Assembly (NCBI GenBank): GCA_028534125.1
Contig: CM052817.1
Location: 62,312,001 to 62,376,000 of the forward strand
Reading direction: 5' to 3'
DNA from: Lama glama
Taxonomy: Eukaryota
Length of the DNA stretch: 64,000 bases
Shown here: in pieces, positions 50,751-64,000 of the stretch
Layout of the letters: each line of letters starts with the position of its first letter
Position numbering within the stretch: position 1 is the stretch's first letter
Program-made: the position numbers and the translations under genes
The notes under the pieces: generated by a model
Told to the model about the DNA's origin: nothing
What the model saw: the letters and a program-made list of their open reading frames with translations, nothing else
Databases searched by the model: none

Positions 50751-51985
50751 CTCTCTTTTTTCACATTCACACACACATGCACAAACACACATTTATTTCA
50801 TCAGTGTAGACATATCAGCTTCTTATATTTATTTTTCCAATTTTTTTTACTAGTTCAGTCATAATATTTCTGTTTTAGTTACCAAATCCCATCTGATTAA
50901 TGAAAACACCATTGAGAATATAAAGAGAATTTCTCTGTGCACTCTTTTCCCTCATAGCATTCAAATGCATATCCATAATCACCAAAACTGCAGTTATTGA
51001 CACTAACGTTTCAAATAATCTGTTTTAATATATATTTATTAAAGAATTTTTTTCATCTGTGAGAGTTAAGTAAAAATTAATTCACAGCTCTGCATCTCTG
51101 GTGATAAAAGAAACTAACTAAAAAATCTTCACACTGATCTGTGCTTTATATTCTCAGTGAGTCAGGTGATTAATTAAATCCTAACACTCTTATGAAGGAG
51201 ATTGGGTATTTTTATAAACGAGAAAAATTACAACTAAGGTCTTAAATCAAGTTATTCTGATTATCCAGGAATGCCTGCCCCCAAATTAAACATTTCTTAT
51301 AGGGAATATAATTGAAAACTTTCCACTAAAAGATAACAAATGATAAAATATATTTATTTCTATAGTAAATTTCTAAAAGTATGTGATAATTTTGTGAGTT
51401 AAAAGAGGTTACAGGGTATGTAAAATACTGTGTGTATATAAAATTTTTAAGGACAGTTAAAAAATATGAATGAGGAGCTATGAAGCATTAGTTCTGTGCA
51501 TATATGATAGACTCCTGTTCCTTGTGCTTAACCCTGTTTATTGGCTCAACTATGCTAACTACAGACTGAAAATGAACCTCTTTATCACTGTGAATGATCT
51601 GTTTTTTGTTAGTGCAACTTACAATTTTTCATATAACAAAAAATATGCTTAATATATTATGTTGAGATTTTTACAGAATAAACTGTAGTTTAAATACATC
51701 TTAGCATTTTTCTAGAAGGATTGCAGTAGTTCGTTGGTGAGAAACCATCCCATCTTATGAAAGAAACTTATGTAGTTAACTAAAAAGAAACCATTAAGAT
51801 CTGGGGGCCCAGGAAACCATGCACTATAAAGTCCCATTTGGTTACAGGATAAAAAACATCATATTGATTTTATAAAAATCAAAAAGAAAGAAAAGAAAAA
51901 GTCACAAGTAATCCCATTACTATCTCCCCAAATACAACTGCTAATAAGGATAGATTTCCTTCTAGTCTTCCCTCTTTCTTTCAGA

Positions 51986-53205
51986 TGTAGCTGCCATGTG
52001 AATCAAGCATGTCTTGTGGGATATAATCACAAAGCACATTTATTCTTGTCTCCTCCTGTCTTTTTTCATTTATTGTGTTGACTAATTCTCCTCGCCCTAG
52101 TTCTTTTCTTGGATAGAATGTAGGGGAAGTCCCCAGGCTTATCTAGTCATTTTCAGATAATGAAATCTTCTACAAACTAATATTTTCAGCCCACTGTGAT
52201 ATTCAGCGTTTAAAAATCATTCAAAATACTAGATACTTCCCTTTTTTCAGCTTGTCCCCACTGTAGGCTAAGCAACTGCAGTGGGAGAGAGGTATGTTTT
52301 CTCCTCTTTCCCTGGCTGATGTCTTTGTCCCTCCTTCACCTTATCAGTAAGTGTCTGACCCTTGCAAGGAAGTAAGTGAGGGGAAGAAGAAAGGAAGGGA
52401 GTCAGACACTTGTTTGATTGACACTGTTCAGAGCTGGGATGTGCTCTTTATCAGGGAGATATTTAAAACTATCCCTCATAGGATACTTTCTTGCGTTCCT
52501 TGGATACTGCTCTGCATGACTTCTCTGACTAATGGGAATCTTTACCTGCTATTCCCTTGCCCAGGTAACGGCTTCTCCCTCTTTTTTCTCCCTGGGTCTC
52601 AGTGTTCCACTGCCACATAAACTTTCTCTCACTGATGGGATTCCATTTTCCCTCTGGATGGCAATCCTGGGCAGGATCACTGCCAGCCCACCAGGCTGTC
52701 TCTCACATAGGGCCACATCTGGTTCCCCCAAAATACTATGTCAGAAAAAACTAGAGAAGATAGGTAGATACCAAGGTAAAAGCACCTCTACTTCCCTCAG
52801 CAGATTAACTTGGCAGGGAATTACTCATCCTCAGGTTCCTCAAACTCCTTCTGATAAATAGCCCACCATGTACACCAACTGCAGGTGACAGACATTAGGC
52901 CCCTTGAGTAGTTTCCTCATTGTCCTCTCTCTTTAGTTGAGGAGGATGGAGAATTCCATTCATTCTCCTTTCTTAAAGCAGGAGAGTAGATGGACTCCAC
53001 CCATGCACACCAGCACACCAAAGACTCTTAAGCCCACTCTTCTAATCTTCTTCACCTCTTGATGTGAATGAGAGGGTTGGAAGCAAATGGTTTTCCATAA
53101 CTTCCTGTTGCAAGTTATACATGATGGTTTTACACTTCATTTTGGAATCTATTTTCTTGGTTCTCAGCAGAAACTAAACTATTTCTGTTTTAACATTGTG
53201 TCACA
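51986..53205 (-). mobile_element. Probable long ancient LTR (~1.2 kb, LTR78-like) inserted into an L1ME 3' fragment
   Basis: TG...CA termini (tgtagc...gtcaca), minus-strand AATAAA near the 3' end (~52040, ~52070), GC content above the flanks; family assignment tentative. Confidence 0.4.
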
Positions 53206-54097
53206 CTAGCTTTTAAAAATGAACATGTGCTTACATACATTAAATATATAGTTTCCTTAACAATCTTGAAATTCAATTCTGTATCATGTTTCATTCAATT
53301 ATTAAATTCTAAACATTCTCCATCTTACTATATATGTTGTTTGAAAACATGATTTTAATGACTATAATATTTAATAATATAGACATACTATCAATTACTT
53401 AATCATTTTCCATTGTTGGGCATCCATATGAAATCTGATTTCTAGGTCTTATATATTATATTGTAATGGGCATCTTTTAACCAATTTTTCTTACTAAGAG
53501 GGTATTGCAATTTACATTCTCACCAGTATTGTTTAAACAAGCTCACTTTTGATAACCTTGACCACACTTCTTTCAATTTAATATATAAAATGGTATTTCG
53601 TTGATTTGTTCATTTGCACATATTGGTAATGTGAAATGAACAGTTTGATTATTGGGTTTTTTTTTTGCCTTATCTGATACTCACTGTCTTTTAATAAATG
53701 CTATTTATGCCTTTGTCTTTCACTTATTTTTGAGAAAGCTTTCTGTATTTCCTCTTCTCTTTTCCTTGAATGGCTTAAAACTATAGTTTGCAGTTGTTCC
53801 TTTAGAGGTTATCTTAAAAATTTTAATGCAAAATCTTTACCAAAATTTTTTTTTAAACAAGGCCTGCACTTAGCAGTAACTTTCTCACCTAATTTAGGGT
53901 AATTTACAGGCCTAGTGAACAGTCCCGCATTACATTCTCCTAAAACCATACTCTCCAAAAATTTGGTACTAGTTTTTGTACCAAAAATATCAATGTTTTA
54001 ACAAAATAGTTGCATTTTACTGAATTCCACTAGTTTCAAATTTCTTCTTAATTATGGGCAGTTTTTCATGAAAGTGTGAATGTTAAGCACGTTAGGT

Positions 54098-54407
54098 TAG
54101 CACTGTCCAGTATCAGTACAGTGCAGATCACAAATAAAAGTCATACATGTAATTGAAAATTTTCTAGTAGCCACACTGAAGAAAGGAAAAATGATAACAT
54201 TGATTTCAATCTTAATAATGTATTTTTGTTTAATGTATTCAGAGCAATACAGTTTCAACTAAAATGTTAATTGAATTTTTACTTTTTTTATACTATGTCT
54301 TTGAAGTTCAAGGTGGATTTTCCACATACAGCACATCTCCATTCAGAGTAGTTTTCAAGTTCTTATTAGACATCTATTACTGGTGGCTTGTGTATTAGAC
54401 AGTGCAG
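54098..54407. mobile_element. hAT-Charlie MITE (MER33-like)
   Basis: TIR-like tagcactgtcca ... tagacagtgcag; internal aaattttctagtagccacac and cagcacatctc. Confidence 0.75.
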
Positions 54408-54439
54408 TCCTAAGTATTTAAGTCTTTCATTTTAAAAGC

Positions 54440-56367
54440 TCAAGATGAAAATAGTTCCATTTTTATACCCCTATTATTACCTCTTCTATTGCTCTTCCTC
54501 CCTCCCTGGTGTTTCAAGTTTCCCTTTGTTACCACTTTCTTTCTGATTGAAGAACTTCCATTAGCCTTTCATGTAGTCTCGTCTGCTGGCAATAAATTAT
54601 CTCAGTTATCCTCATCTGAAAATGTCTTTTTTATCTTCCCTTAATTCCTAAGGTACACAGAAATTTGTTCTGGATTGAAGTTCTTTCTGCACTTGAAAAA
54701 TGTTTTGCCAGTTCCTTCTGACCTTCATGGTTTCAGATGAGAAGTCTACTGTTACTTGAATTGTTGTTCCCTGAGGTAATGTGTCATCTTGTGCTAGCTG
54801 TTTTATCTTTTTCTCTGTCTTTAGTTTTCTTAAATTTGATTATGATGTATTTTGGTGTGGGTTTATATGAATTTATACTTTTCAGAATTCATTAATCTTC
54901 TTGATTATGAAGGTTTGTACCTCTTGCCAAATTTGGGAAAATTTTAGCCATTACTTTAAATAATTTTTGAGATTGACACTTCTTTATCTTCTCTTTCTAG
55001 AACTTAATAATACACATTTTAGATCTTCTTTATTGTCTACATGTTCCTGAAGCTCTTTTCATTTTTAAATTTTCAGCCTATTTTCTTTCTGTTGTTCAGA
55101 TTGGGCAATCTTTACTGATTGGTCATCAAATTTATTGATTCTTTATTCTGTCACTCTATTCTGTTATTGAGCAACTTTTTGTTTCTTGTATTTTTCCATT
55201 CTATAATTTCCATTTGGCTCTAATTTTTTAACCTTAATATTATTATTTTTTGCTATAGTTTCCTGTTTTTTCTCCTTGTTTCAAGAGTGTTTGTAATTGC
55301 TCACTGAAGTATTTTTAAATGGCTGCATTGACATCCTTATCAGATGATTCTCATAGCTGATTCACCTTGAGGTTGGTGTCTGTTGTCAATTCTTATTCCA
55401 GTTGTGATTTTCCTGTTTGTTGATATGATAAGGAATTTTCACATATATCCTGGACATTTTGGATATTATGTTTTTAGACTCTGGGTCCTGTTTAAATCTT
55501 ATGTTTTATCAGATAGTCACCACATTTAGGTTTAGCATATAGTTTCTGTTTAGTTTTCAGTCTTGCAGTGGTAGTCTGCTCTGCCTTGTTTGTGTGGTAT
55601 CAGGGGCTAGTCTGAAAACCCTAGTGGTTTTCCAAACAGTTGTCCAGCTGTCAAATATTCTGCTGGGCTGAATCTTGTCAGTTTCTCACGTGGGCTACTC
55701 AGGAGCCTACCTTGAACTTCATATATAGATTTAGCAAATCCCTTTCACTAGCTCCGTCCACTGAAACTCTTGATTGGGAGAGAAAGGGACTTCCTCTTGT
55801 CTGTACAGAAAGGTGGTCTAAGTTTTCCTTTTGACCTCGGTGGACACTAGCATAATTGTGATAGTGTAATGCCACCCACTTCAGATGGGTAGGGTTCCCA
55901 CTCAGCCACCACTAACACCATCTGAACATTAAAAACAAAACACTGTCTACTACAACCTAATGGTTCTCCATCTAGCCTCTAATGACATGACGGGGAGAGG
56001 AAGAATGTAAGAGAAAGGGGGAGGTTAGTGAGGTATTGGATGAAGAAGTTTTTGCTTTTTCCAGTTAACTTTTTTTTTTTGATTCTTTGGCTAGAGAGAG
56101 CAGTCTTTTCTTGAACCATTTTTTGTTGTGCCTTTTGGCATTTCTGGGTTGCCATCTTCTCCAGACCTCAGTCTGGAATACATGAAAAGAAAAAAGGTAA
56201 CCCAGAAAACACTGCTGTGTCATTCTTCAAATCCCAAGACCTGTCTTCTTCCTACCTTTTACACACTTCTGTTATTTGTTGTATTATGCTCAGAGTTTTA
56301 CTTGTACTTAGCAGAATTAGTAGGGTGAAAGAATTCTATTCCATCTTGTGTAGAACTGGAATTCCTA
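54440..56367 (-). mobile_element. Ancient L1M 5' end/ORF1 region
   Basis: ttgaagaacttccattagc, ctgctggcaataaattatctcagtt, gccaaatttgggaaaattttagccatta, tgttcagattgggcaatc; terminal ccatcttgtgtagaactggaattcc is the reverse of the L1M 5' start (ttccagtt...aagatgg). Confidence 0.8.
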
Positions 56368-58858
56368 TTGAACAAAATTTACCTTCATTGTTGTTGTCAG
56401 TGCCTATTTATAAATAATTTTGAAACAATTCAAATATAATAACATTCATAAATACTGTTTTTCCATTCAGTATACATATTTATTTTAAAAATACTATACT
56501 ATAACAGCTGATCAAGTTAAAGAATCCTAGTTGACATAAAATTAGTTATCCCATAAGATAAAACTTTGGTTTATTAATTTGGTAACATATCTTCCTAAAC
56601 AAGGAGTGGTTTTCCCCTAATTAGCTTTCCTTCTCAGTATTTGAAGTCTTAATCCTAAAGATAAGATTCAAAACTTGAAAATAATTCATTACAATATTTA
56701 ATCTTCTGGGTGCTTTAACAATTTGAAAGAAATGACAAGGATTATTCAAGGCTTATGCTGTTAAGAGGCTCTAATTATGTTTAATCATATTCTACTAGAG
56801 TTAATACTGCTTATTAAATGAATAGACTTGTTTATCAGAAGGCCAATTCTGCAAACAGTTTTCCACTGATTTTTGCAAAGATGTTTAAGATGTTTCAAGA
56901 CTATGTCCATGAAACACTTACATGTTGTTATGATTTTTGTCTATCTTTAAAAATGCACATGAAGTTATATAAGGAGTAATATATTTTCATATATTTAAGA
57001 CTCAGACTCATACATTGTAATGCAAACTTTTAAAATTATTTCATACATGAGCAGTTGCCTCCTGATAATGTACATAATTGTAGTTTTAAAAATTTATAGT
57101 ATTATTTAACAAATATGCTATTATGTTGCTGACAGAGCTTTTCCAGGCTCTCATGAAAATATAAGATGAATGTCAAAATATACTTAACTAATTTATTCTT
57201 TTATAATCGTATTAGGTATCAGAAGAAGTATTTTGTTTACATTTTGTTCCCTACACAGTTTAGTTGAGAAAAGTGTATACATTATGTATATTGTAGTTCA
57301 TCTCAGAATTAGGATTTATAAATTCAGTAAAGCATATTTTTGTTACATGGGATTATTTATTGGCTATTTATTTTTATATTTTACTACTAGTGTCTGATGT
57401 AATACTTCAAATGCAAACATTTTGAATTAATACATTAATTAAAATGAGTATAGTTAGTAAAATGTGTGAAAAAAATTACAAGTGTGATGTTTTTCAGTAC
57501 TTTAAACATCTGGGATTTGTGACAGTTGTGCTAAAAGAGGTAATGTGGAATTGTGGCCAACAAGCTATGTTCTCAGCTCAGTTCCATGAATGATTTACTG
57601 ACAGTTCATCAAGCTGCTGCTTAAAGCTATATGAGAAGGACCCTATATATGAGCTCTTTCTTTTGTAGTTGTTGTGAGATATTGCCTCAAAAGCATTATT
57701 AGTGCCTTAGAAGAAGGTATTTTAAAATATAAAGAACTATGTTCTTAAGTAATATGGCCTCCTTGAAGAAAAGAAACTATATATTCTCACATTTAAGTAT
57801 TCTTCAGGGATCAAATCTCTTGTGTGTAGAGGCTAGAGTGGTACAGTTCTCTGTACTTAGCAATAATGAAGTGGGAGGTATATAAAGGCAGGCCACAGAT
57901 AATGCACAGGCTGCAGTATGGAAAGCCTTCTGCCTCAACTTCCACAACATAATACATAAAAAATAAGTCACAAAATTATGTCTAGGATGATAATTACAGC
58001 TCTTCACTGTCCAGTGATACCCAAATTGACACTTAGAGTCTATCACTGTGAACATTGTCATTGGAAATATATAGGGGATGTCATCCTTTATAACTGTTTA
58101 GAAATGCCAGTTAATTTTGCCTTGATTTTATTTAGCCACATCTCTAGTGATATTTCACAGAATATTTCAGTGGGATATCTAGACAATAGGAAACTCCCTA
58201 TATTTTCAACAACAGATTTCATTTGTATTTTTCCCTTATAAACCCTGTGTTGGAAGATATTTTCTCTACCATATCACCAGATTAATTTGCAGTCATTTAT
58301 TTATTAAACAAATAATATTGATTACCTACTATTAATCAAACGCTATTTTAGGTCTTGGAGACACAGCTCTTCTCCTGGAGCTAAAAACATTTCTCTAGTT
58401 CATAGTAATCAAAGACATGAGCACATTTCTAACAGCTTCTGATTATTGAATAAAAACCAGAGCTATTATACTGAGTTGATATAACACCAAGCAAAAACAA
58501 ATTACCGTGGTGATTTGCTTAACTTTTTAAGCTTATGTATCTTATGTTTCTAAATTTAGAAAATAGTCCAACAGCCTTTCATTACTAACTCCTGACACCT
58601 CAGGGTACAGAGAATCCTTCTGGGCAATTGCCCTATAGCTTGAAACTGCTGATTTTAAACTAAGATCATTTGAGAAAAGTTTATCTTGATCTATTCTCTA
58701 TTCTATTTGGTTAACCATATAGTTGCTGTATTTGGCTGAGCACTCCTAGGAATAAAATTGGACAAAGAAAGTAAAACTCTAAAATTGCTCATGTTAATAT
58801 CTCATATTTTCTCTTCCTATTTTTCATTGTATTCTGAATTTTTAAATACTATTCCTAA

Positions 58859-59473
58859 TGTCAAATCCAAGTTTGTGTGCCTTACACACAGTGAAGCCAA
58901 ACAAACCAAAATTTCAGAATTTGGAGCAAAGAAAGATTTATTGCAAGCGCCAAGCAAGGAGAACAGGCAACTCATGCTCAAAAAGCCCAAAAATCTGTGG
59001 TGGGTTTCAGGGAAGAGTTTTTAAAGGCAAATCTGGGGGTGCAGGGTATGTGATTAACTTCCTTGTGATTGGTTGGTGGTGAGGTAATGGGGTGGTGTTC
59101 CAGAAATCTCAGTCATCAGCCCTCTGATTCCAACCAGTCTGGGGTACACATGCTTGTGCTCAGCCTAAAGTTACCATCATCTACCTGAGTGGGGATCCCA
59201 GCTCCTGTAGAGCTCAGAAATACGTATCAGATTGCTATGCACATCCCACAAGAAGGAACCAGGACCCTGCCCCATCGCTGCACTATTGTTTCTTGACTGC
59301 CTTTCCTTTGTTTCTGCATTCCCTCCCTTCCCTAGTTAGTAACTTTTTGAATCTGCCCTTTGGAACTCAGGGATGGTCTAGGAGGCTGAAACCTTTTTCC
59401 TACAAACAAGAAATGGGGGACATGGAAAGGCTTTTGTACCTAGGAGGGCCCCACAGGACCCTACTGGGCTTCA
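58859..59473 (-). mobile_element. Solo ERV1-type LTR (615 bp), well preserved
   Basis: TG...CA termini, minus-strand AATAAA ~58940, near-TSD CTAA (58855-58858) / CTTA (59474-59477). Confidence 0.75.
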
Positions 59474-59561
59474 CTTACTTCAATTACTTACTTAATAAAA
59501 TCCAGTCTATATAGAAATTATATGCCTGATATTGTTGTATGAAATTCTCCAGGAAGAAACG

Positions 59562-59563
<2 letters not shown>

Positions 59564-59596
<33 letters not shown>

Positions 59597-59602
59597 TGCG
59601 TG
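59564..59602. repeat. (GT)n/(GC) microsatellite
   Basis: Direct observation. Confidence 0.9.
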
Positions 59603-60254
59603 CACATTTGTTAACGGTATTTGACAAAGCTTTATCTTTATTCTGGACATTTCCCAAATAGACATATTCTTTGTTTAAGCCCTCTTGACTGATGTTTATG
59701 TCACTGTAATGCAAAATTGGTTATATAATTTTAAAATGTTATATACAGAAAAAAGTAGTGGCTTCAAGATTATATAGCTTATCCTTTTTTTTCAAAAAAA
59801 TTTCAAAATCTTGCATCTTTATTCCTATTTCATCTGTGCTTTTATTGTATCCCTGAAATTACTTCAGGAATATAATTTTGGTGGGCCACTTTTCCGTGTA
59901 TTATCTTAGCAGTGTGTGGGAGACTGAACTTGAGGGCCCCAGTGACACATGTCCCTTGATAGTCGTGTTCTTGTAAGTCTTCTTCCATATCAACTGCAGG
60001 CAGGGCCATGTTGAATTTTTGGCCAATTCAACACTAACACTGGACATTAAACTGTCCTCTTGGAATATTCTTCATGGATTTCAGGTACTACATATATGAG
60101 GAATGCCAAGTATCCACGTGAACTGTTCCACATAGAATAAAACTGTGGTCTCTAGCTGACAATCTTAGCTGTAGACTGTGCAAATGAAATCATTTTGACC
60201 TCTAATTTTGCCCAATAATACCACATGGTAGGGGAAGAAAAATTTTCTACCAAG

Positions 60255-60633
60255 TAAGTGACCAGAACAGAAAGCTTTTGTACATTTTAGATAAAGAAAC
60301 AATAAATTCATGAGGAAATGACAAGACAAAAGGGTTTCGGCTGGGGAAGTAAATTGCTGGAAAGTGACTAGTTAATAAGTGGGTGGGGTAAACAGCTAGA
60401 GGAAGACAATATTATTTTAGTAAATTTGTATAAATCGATTTCAATGTTGAATCCCAGTCCCTGGTACAGGAAGGGTACCCTTTTTATGGAAAATTTTATG
60501 ACCTGTTTTAGGTAGAAAGGGTAGGTTAGACAGCCCTTCCTGTATCCACCGTTTCTCAGGTGCCTTTAGCTCAAAAAAATCAGTATGTGAAAATAGCATA
60601 TTTTGGGGTGACATGTCTTGAACTTCTTTAACA
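60255..60633 (-). mobile_element. MER4/MER31-group LTR fragment
   Basis: cagcccttcctgtatc...tgcctttagctcaaaaaaatcagtatg...catattttggggtgacatg terminus. Confidence 0.6.
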
Positions 60634-62839
60634 TGAAGCTAGAAGTTAGAACTTATGGGAGAAGTTAAGGTTGGAGATGGATCTTTTGGGCCCATGTCTA
60701 AAGAGAAGTTGAGGAGAGCCATGTGAGTTGGAAATATTAATTAAGAGAGATTAGAGAAAGAACAGCAGTCAAAAACGACTGATGAACACTTTTGTTCAGT
60801 ACTTAAGCAACCGGAAGAGGATTTATAACAGGAGAAAAAACATGGAGAATGAGAAAAATGCTCATTCAACAAATATTTATTGAACATATATCATTTACTA
60901 CCCTGGGATAAAGAATAAGAAATAGGAAAAAATGGCCTTCATCAAAAATCTTATACTCTAGAAATGTTAAAGAAACAGGCTTTAAGATTTTTAACACTCA
61001 TTAATAAAGGGAGGCTGTTTTGAATGTCAAGTGCTTATGATCACACATTTTTATTGGGTCACGGGAAGGGACCTATGCCTTCACATCACTGTAAGATGAA
61101 GCTACTTCTCTTCTTTGTGCTATTATGTGAAATTCAGTTTATCAGACATAAAAGCCACTCTTGTGTTTTTGATTGGAACACGTGAAAGCAATGTACCTTT
61201 GGTGAGTTAATGTACAGCTGCTGGAATCTGTACTCTTATAAATGTTGATAGCTTTTGGGGGTTTAAAAAGATCATATCTATCTCTTAGAATATGTGAAAA
61301 TTTCCTAGGTATATCTTTGATGACTTGAAGACCTAGTCATTCTAAAGCCGATTATTTTTTATTAGAGTATAATGGATATGGCCGCTGTTATTTCATAGAA
61401 TGCTGTTTCTTGAACCTGTGTTTCTATGTTCTTACTGTTTTCCATCTTACCCAGACATGTTGTCGGACATAACCAATGATCAGCAAAAGTCTTAAAATCA
61501 TCTTTACAATTAACTATCTTTATTTATGAGAAATTATCCAGTCTGTCTCCCCTTTTAAATTTTTTGGGGAGACAAGTACAGTTTTGGTATACTCTCTAAG
61601 TTCCCATGAATCAGACTTAAGAAAAATAAAATTCTTTAGAATTACTGAATTTCTAAATTATTCATATTTATGGTTTCAAATATAAAAAGGCATATATTTG
61701 TGTAACACACACATATACACACACACACATATACATGTGCTGTGCATAATAGATTTATTCTTATGCCACAGGACAGTTGAGTTTCCAGACAGCATTTTCT
61801 GTAAATTAAAATAACTTCTCTTTTACACACACATACACACCCTTATGTACCAATCTGAAATTAGGGCTTCAAATAGTAAAATGCTATAGAAACCTTAATT
61901 GCAAAGGCATTAATGGCAACTTCTATAATGCTGGGAAACTATCCACTCAATAATGCCTCTCCATAGAGGCTTGCTGACTACACACCTGCTTCAGTAAACG
62001 CAGAACCTGTGCTTCACTTCATCTCTTCAACCTTAAAACTGCTTAGAGTCTTCACTCTTTTCATTTTGATATATCTCTCATATGAGTGACAAGTATATAC
62101 TTGAGATAATAAAATGTGTTAGAATTGTCTGTTCGGCAGTGTTTTTGCTGATGTATTAATTCATTTCGTTTCACGTGCTCTATCACCATCATGTCTAACC
62201 AGATTTTATGAGAGGGCTCACTGAAGTGAAAATCAGGCCAACGACTCGTTTAATATGAACTAATGAAAACTAGATATAAAAGGCCTTAGTAACTGTTTTG
62301 GAGCTTTAATTGTCAAGTGGGTGTAAATTCTGAGCACTGCTAAGGAAAGGACTGTAATGAAGAAATTGGAATCACTTTGTGGTAACTGGTTTAATTAGTC
62401 ATGTAAACAATGATGTCCTGGACAAAGACACTGAAATAGGAAGGGGGTTAATGCTTTCCACAAGGTAGGAGATGCACTTTGAAAGAGAAAAGAGAGCAGT
62501 TTTGTTATCTTTCTTTTTCAAGGTTTGAGAGAAAATCATCATTAGCATGTCATAGCCATTTAAACAAAGCTCACTTTGTTCAGAGTAATCCGTAAGAATA
62601 TTTACATTTAAAAAAAAAACTAACAAAGTATTTCAAAACTCCTGTTTTGTATTTATGGTATTGATGTGATAAATTTGTGGTTTGCCATGCGATTATCTAT
62701 TACAATGTACAAAGAGGTGCTACAAAGAGGATAGCTATAAATACAGCCCATCGATTGTTCCTGGATGTTGAAAAGGTATTTTTATAGTATTAAATCAGGC
62801 ATTGTCTATAATAATTGATTTAGGAAAAGGTAACAAGTG

Positions 62840-63680
62840 ATGCCATGAGGTGACATGGAAGATTTTTAGGGAATAAATATTGGTAGGATGCCAAGGTATC
62901 ATCCAACAGATAATTTACTAAATACAAAGAAAAAAATTACAAATTTATGATGAAGATATCTATAACTCAGATCCTTGAATAGGTTCTCAAATTAGGCATC
63001 ATCACTGATAATGCTGCTTTATATGATACAGTAAGGAATAGAGAATATTTGTGCCAAATGATTTAAACTGAATTTAATCACAGGAAGTAAGCAGAGAAAT
63101 CCAGAAGGTAGAACATTTTACAAACAACTGGCCTGGATGCTTAAACAACAACTAAAGCCCCCAAAACCTCACAGTGTCGTAAAACAGAAAACAGAACAAA
63201 AATTCCAAAATATGAAAGGAGAAGGCACAGTTCTTATTTAAGAGACAGAGTATAAAAGGAAATTACTAATTTTGGATAGAAAAAGAAAGAAGTAAGATTA
63301 TGAAATACTTCTTCTGGGGAATATTGAAATCTATAATGTTTTCTGGGTAGTATCACATTAATATTGACTTTCTTAATATGATAATAGTATTGTGGTAATG
63401 TAGGTGATTGTCTTATTCTTAGGATATGTATGTTGAAGTAGGGCTTAAGTGTCATGATGTCTGCAACTTTCTGTCAAGAGATTAATCAAAATGCTACCCC
63501 CACCCCAGAAAAAACACACACACACACACACACACAAAGAAAAACAAAAAGAGGAAGAGATAGGACAAATGTGGCAAAATGTTTACAATTTGGTTTATGT
63601 AACTGAAGAGTGTATGAGTGTTCATTTTACTAATATTTCAGCTTTTCTGTAGATTTAATATCTTCAAAATAAAAAAACTG
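62840..63680 (+). mobile_element. L1MC/ME-type 3' UTR with (CA)n at ~63515-63536
   Basis: ctgaatttaatca, aacaactggcctgga, gtgtcatgatgtctgcaactttc, acaaatgtggcaaaatgtt, ttcaaaataaaaa tail. Confidence 0.75.
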
Positions 63681-64000
63681 AAGAAGATTGGCATTCCATA
63701 TGGTATTGCATAAAAATAATTGTATTTGGGGCCTGCTGAATAGGGAGGTGCCTACTTCAGTTGAAGAATTTAGATCTCCTTACCACCCAGTGTTACTAAA
63801 CTCAGCGTTTTGAATATGCAGATAAATTAAATAATTCAGAATGTTAATTATTTCCTGAAAAGTCACAGCCCAAATTTCTCGTGGCATAAAAGACTCAATG
63901 ATTTCAGTTGTTTTTGCTCAGTATCACAGCTAGCATTATATTTAGCTTCTTAAATTATAAGGATGAAAAAAATTTCAAAGGGATTAGTCAATGCAACTCT

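Overview
AT-rich, repeat-laden mammalian genomic DNA, probably camelid (inferred from a tRNA-derived SINE at ~2820-2972 resembling the tylopod Vic-1 type and from the L1 3' ends). It has two 500-N scaffold gaps. No intact, recognisable protein-coding gene, rRNA, tRNA or CRISPR array is visible, and the supplied short ORFs are mostly chance, repeat-derived or gap artefacts. Much of the window is ancient or lineage-specific transposable element sequence (L1, L2, MIR, MaLR/ERVL/ERV1 LTRs, hAT-Charlie and Tigger fragments); family names are from memory of consensus sequences, not a database search. Two non-repeat features stand out. (1) A compact orphan CpG-island promoter at ~25450-25750 with GC-box, BANP-like, NRF1-like and YY1 motifs and splice donors pointing both ways. 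(2) About 13 kb downstream on the minus strand, a ~2-kb decayed, apparently intronless reading frame (~12890-10902) whose C-terminal part carries a Ulp1/SENP (C48) cysteine-protease-like signature (IFIPI...W...IPQQxxGxxCxxxxxKW). My working hypothesis is a fossil or formerly domesticated protease-carrying DNA-transposon-type gene, now a unitary pseudogene and possibly still transcribed as a spliced lncRNA from the CpG island. This is inference and needs profile searches and RNA data.
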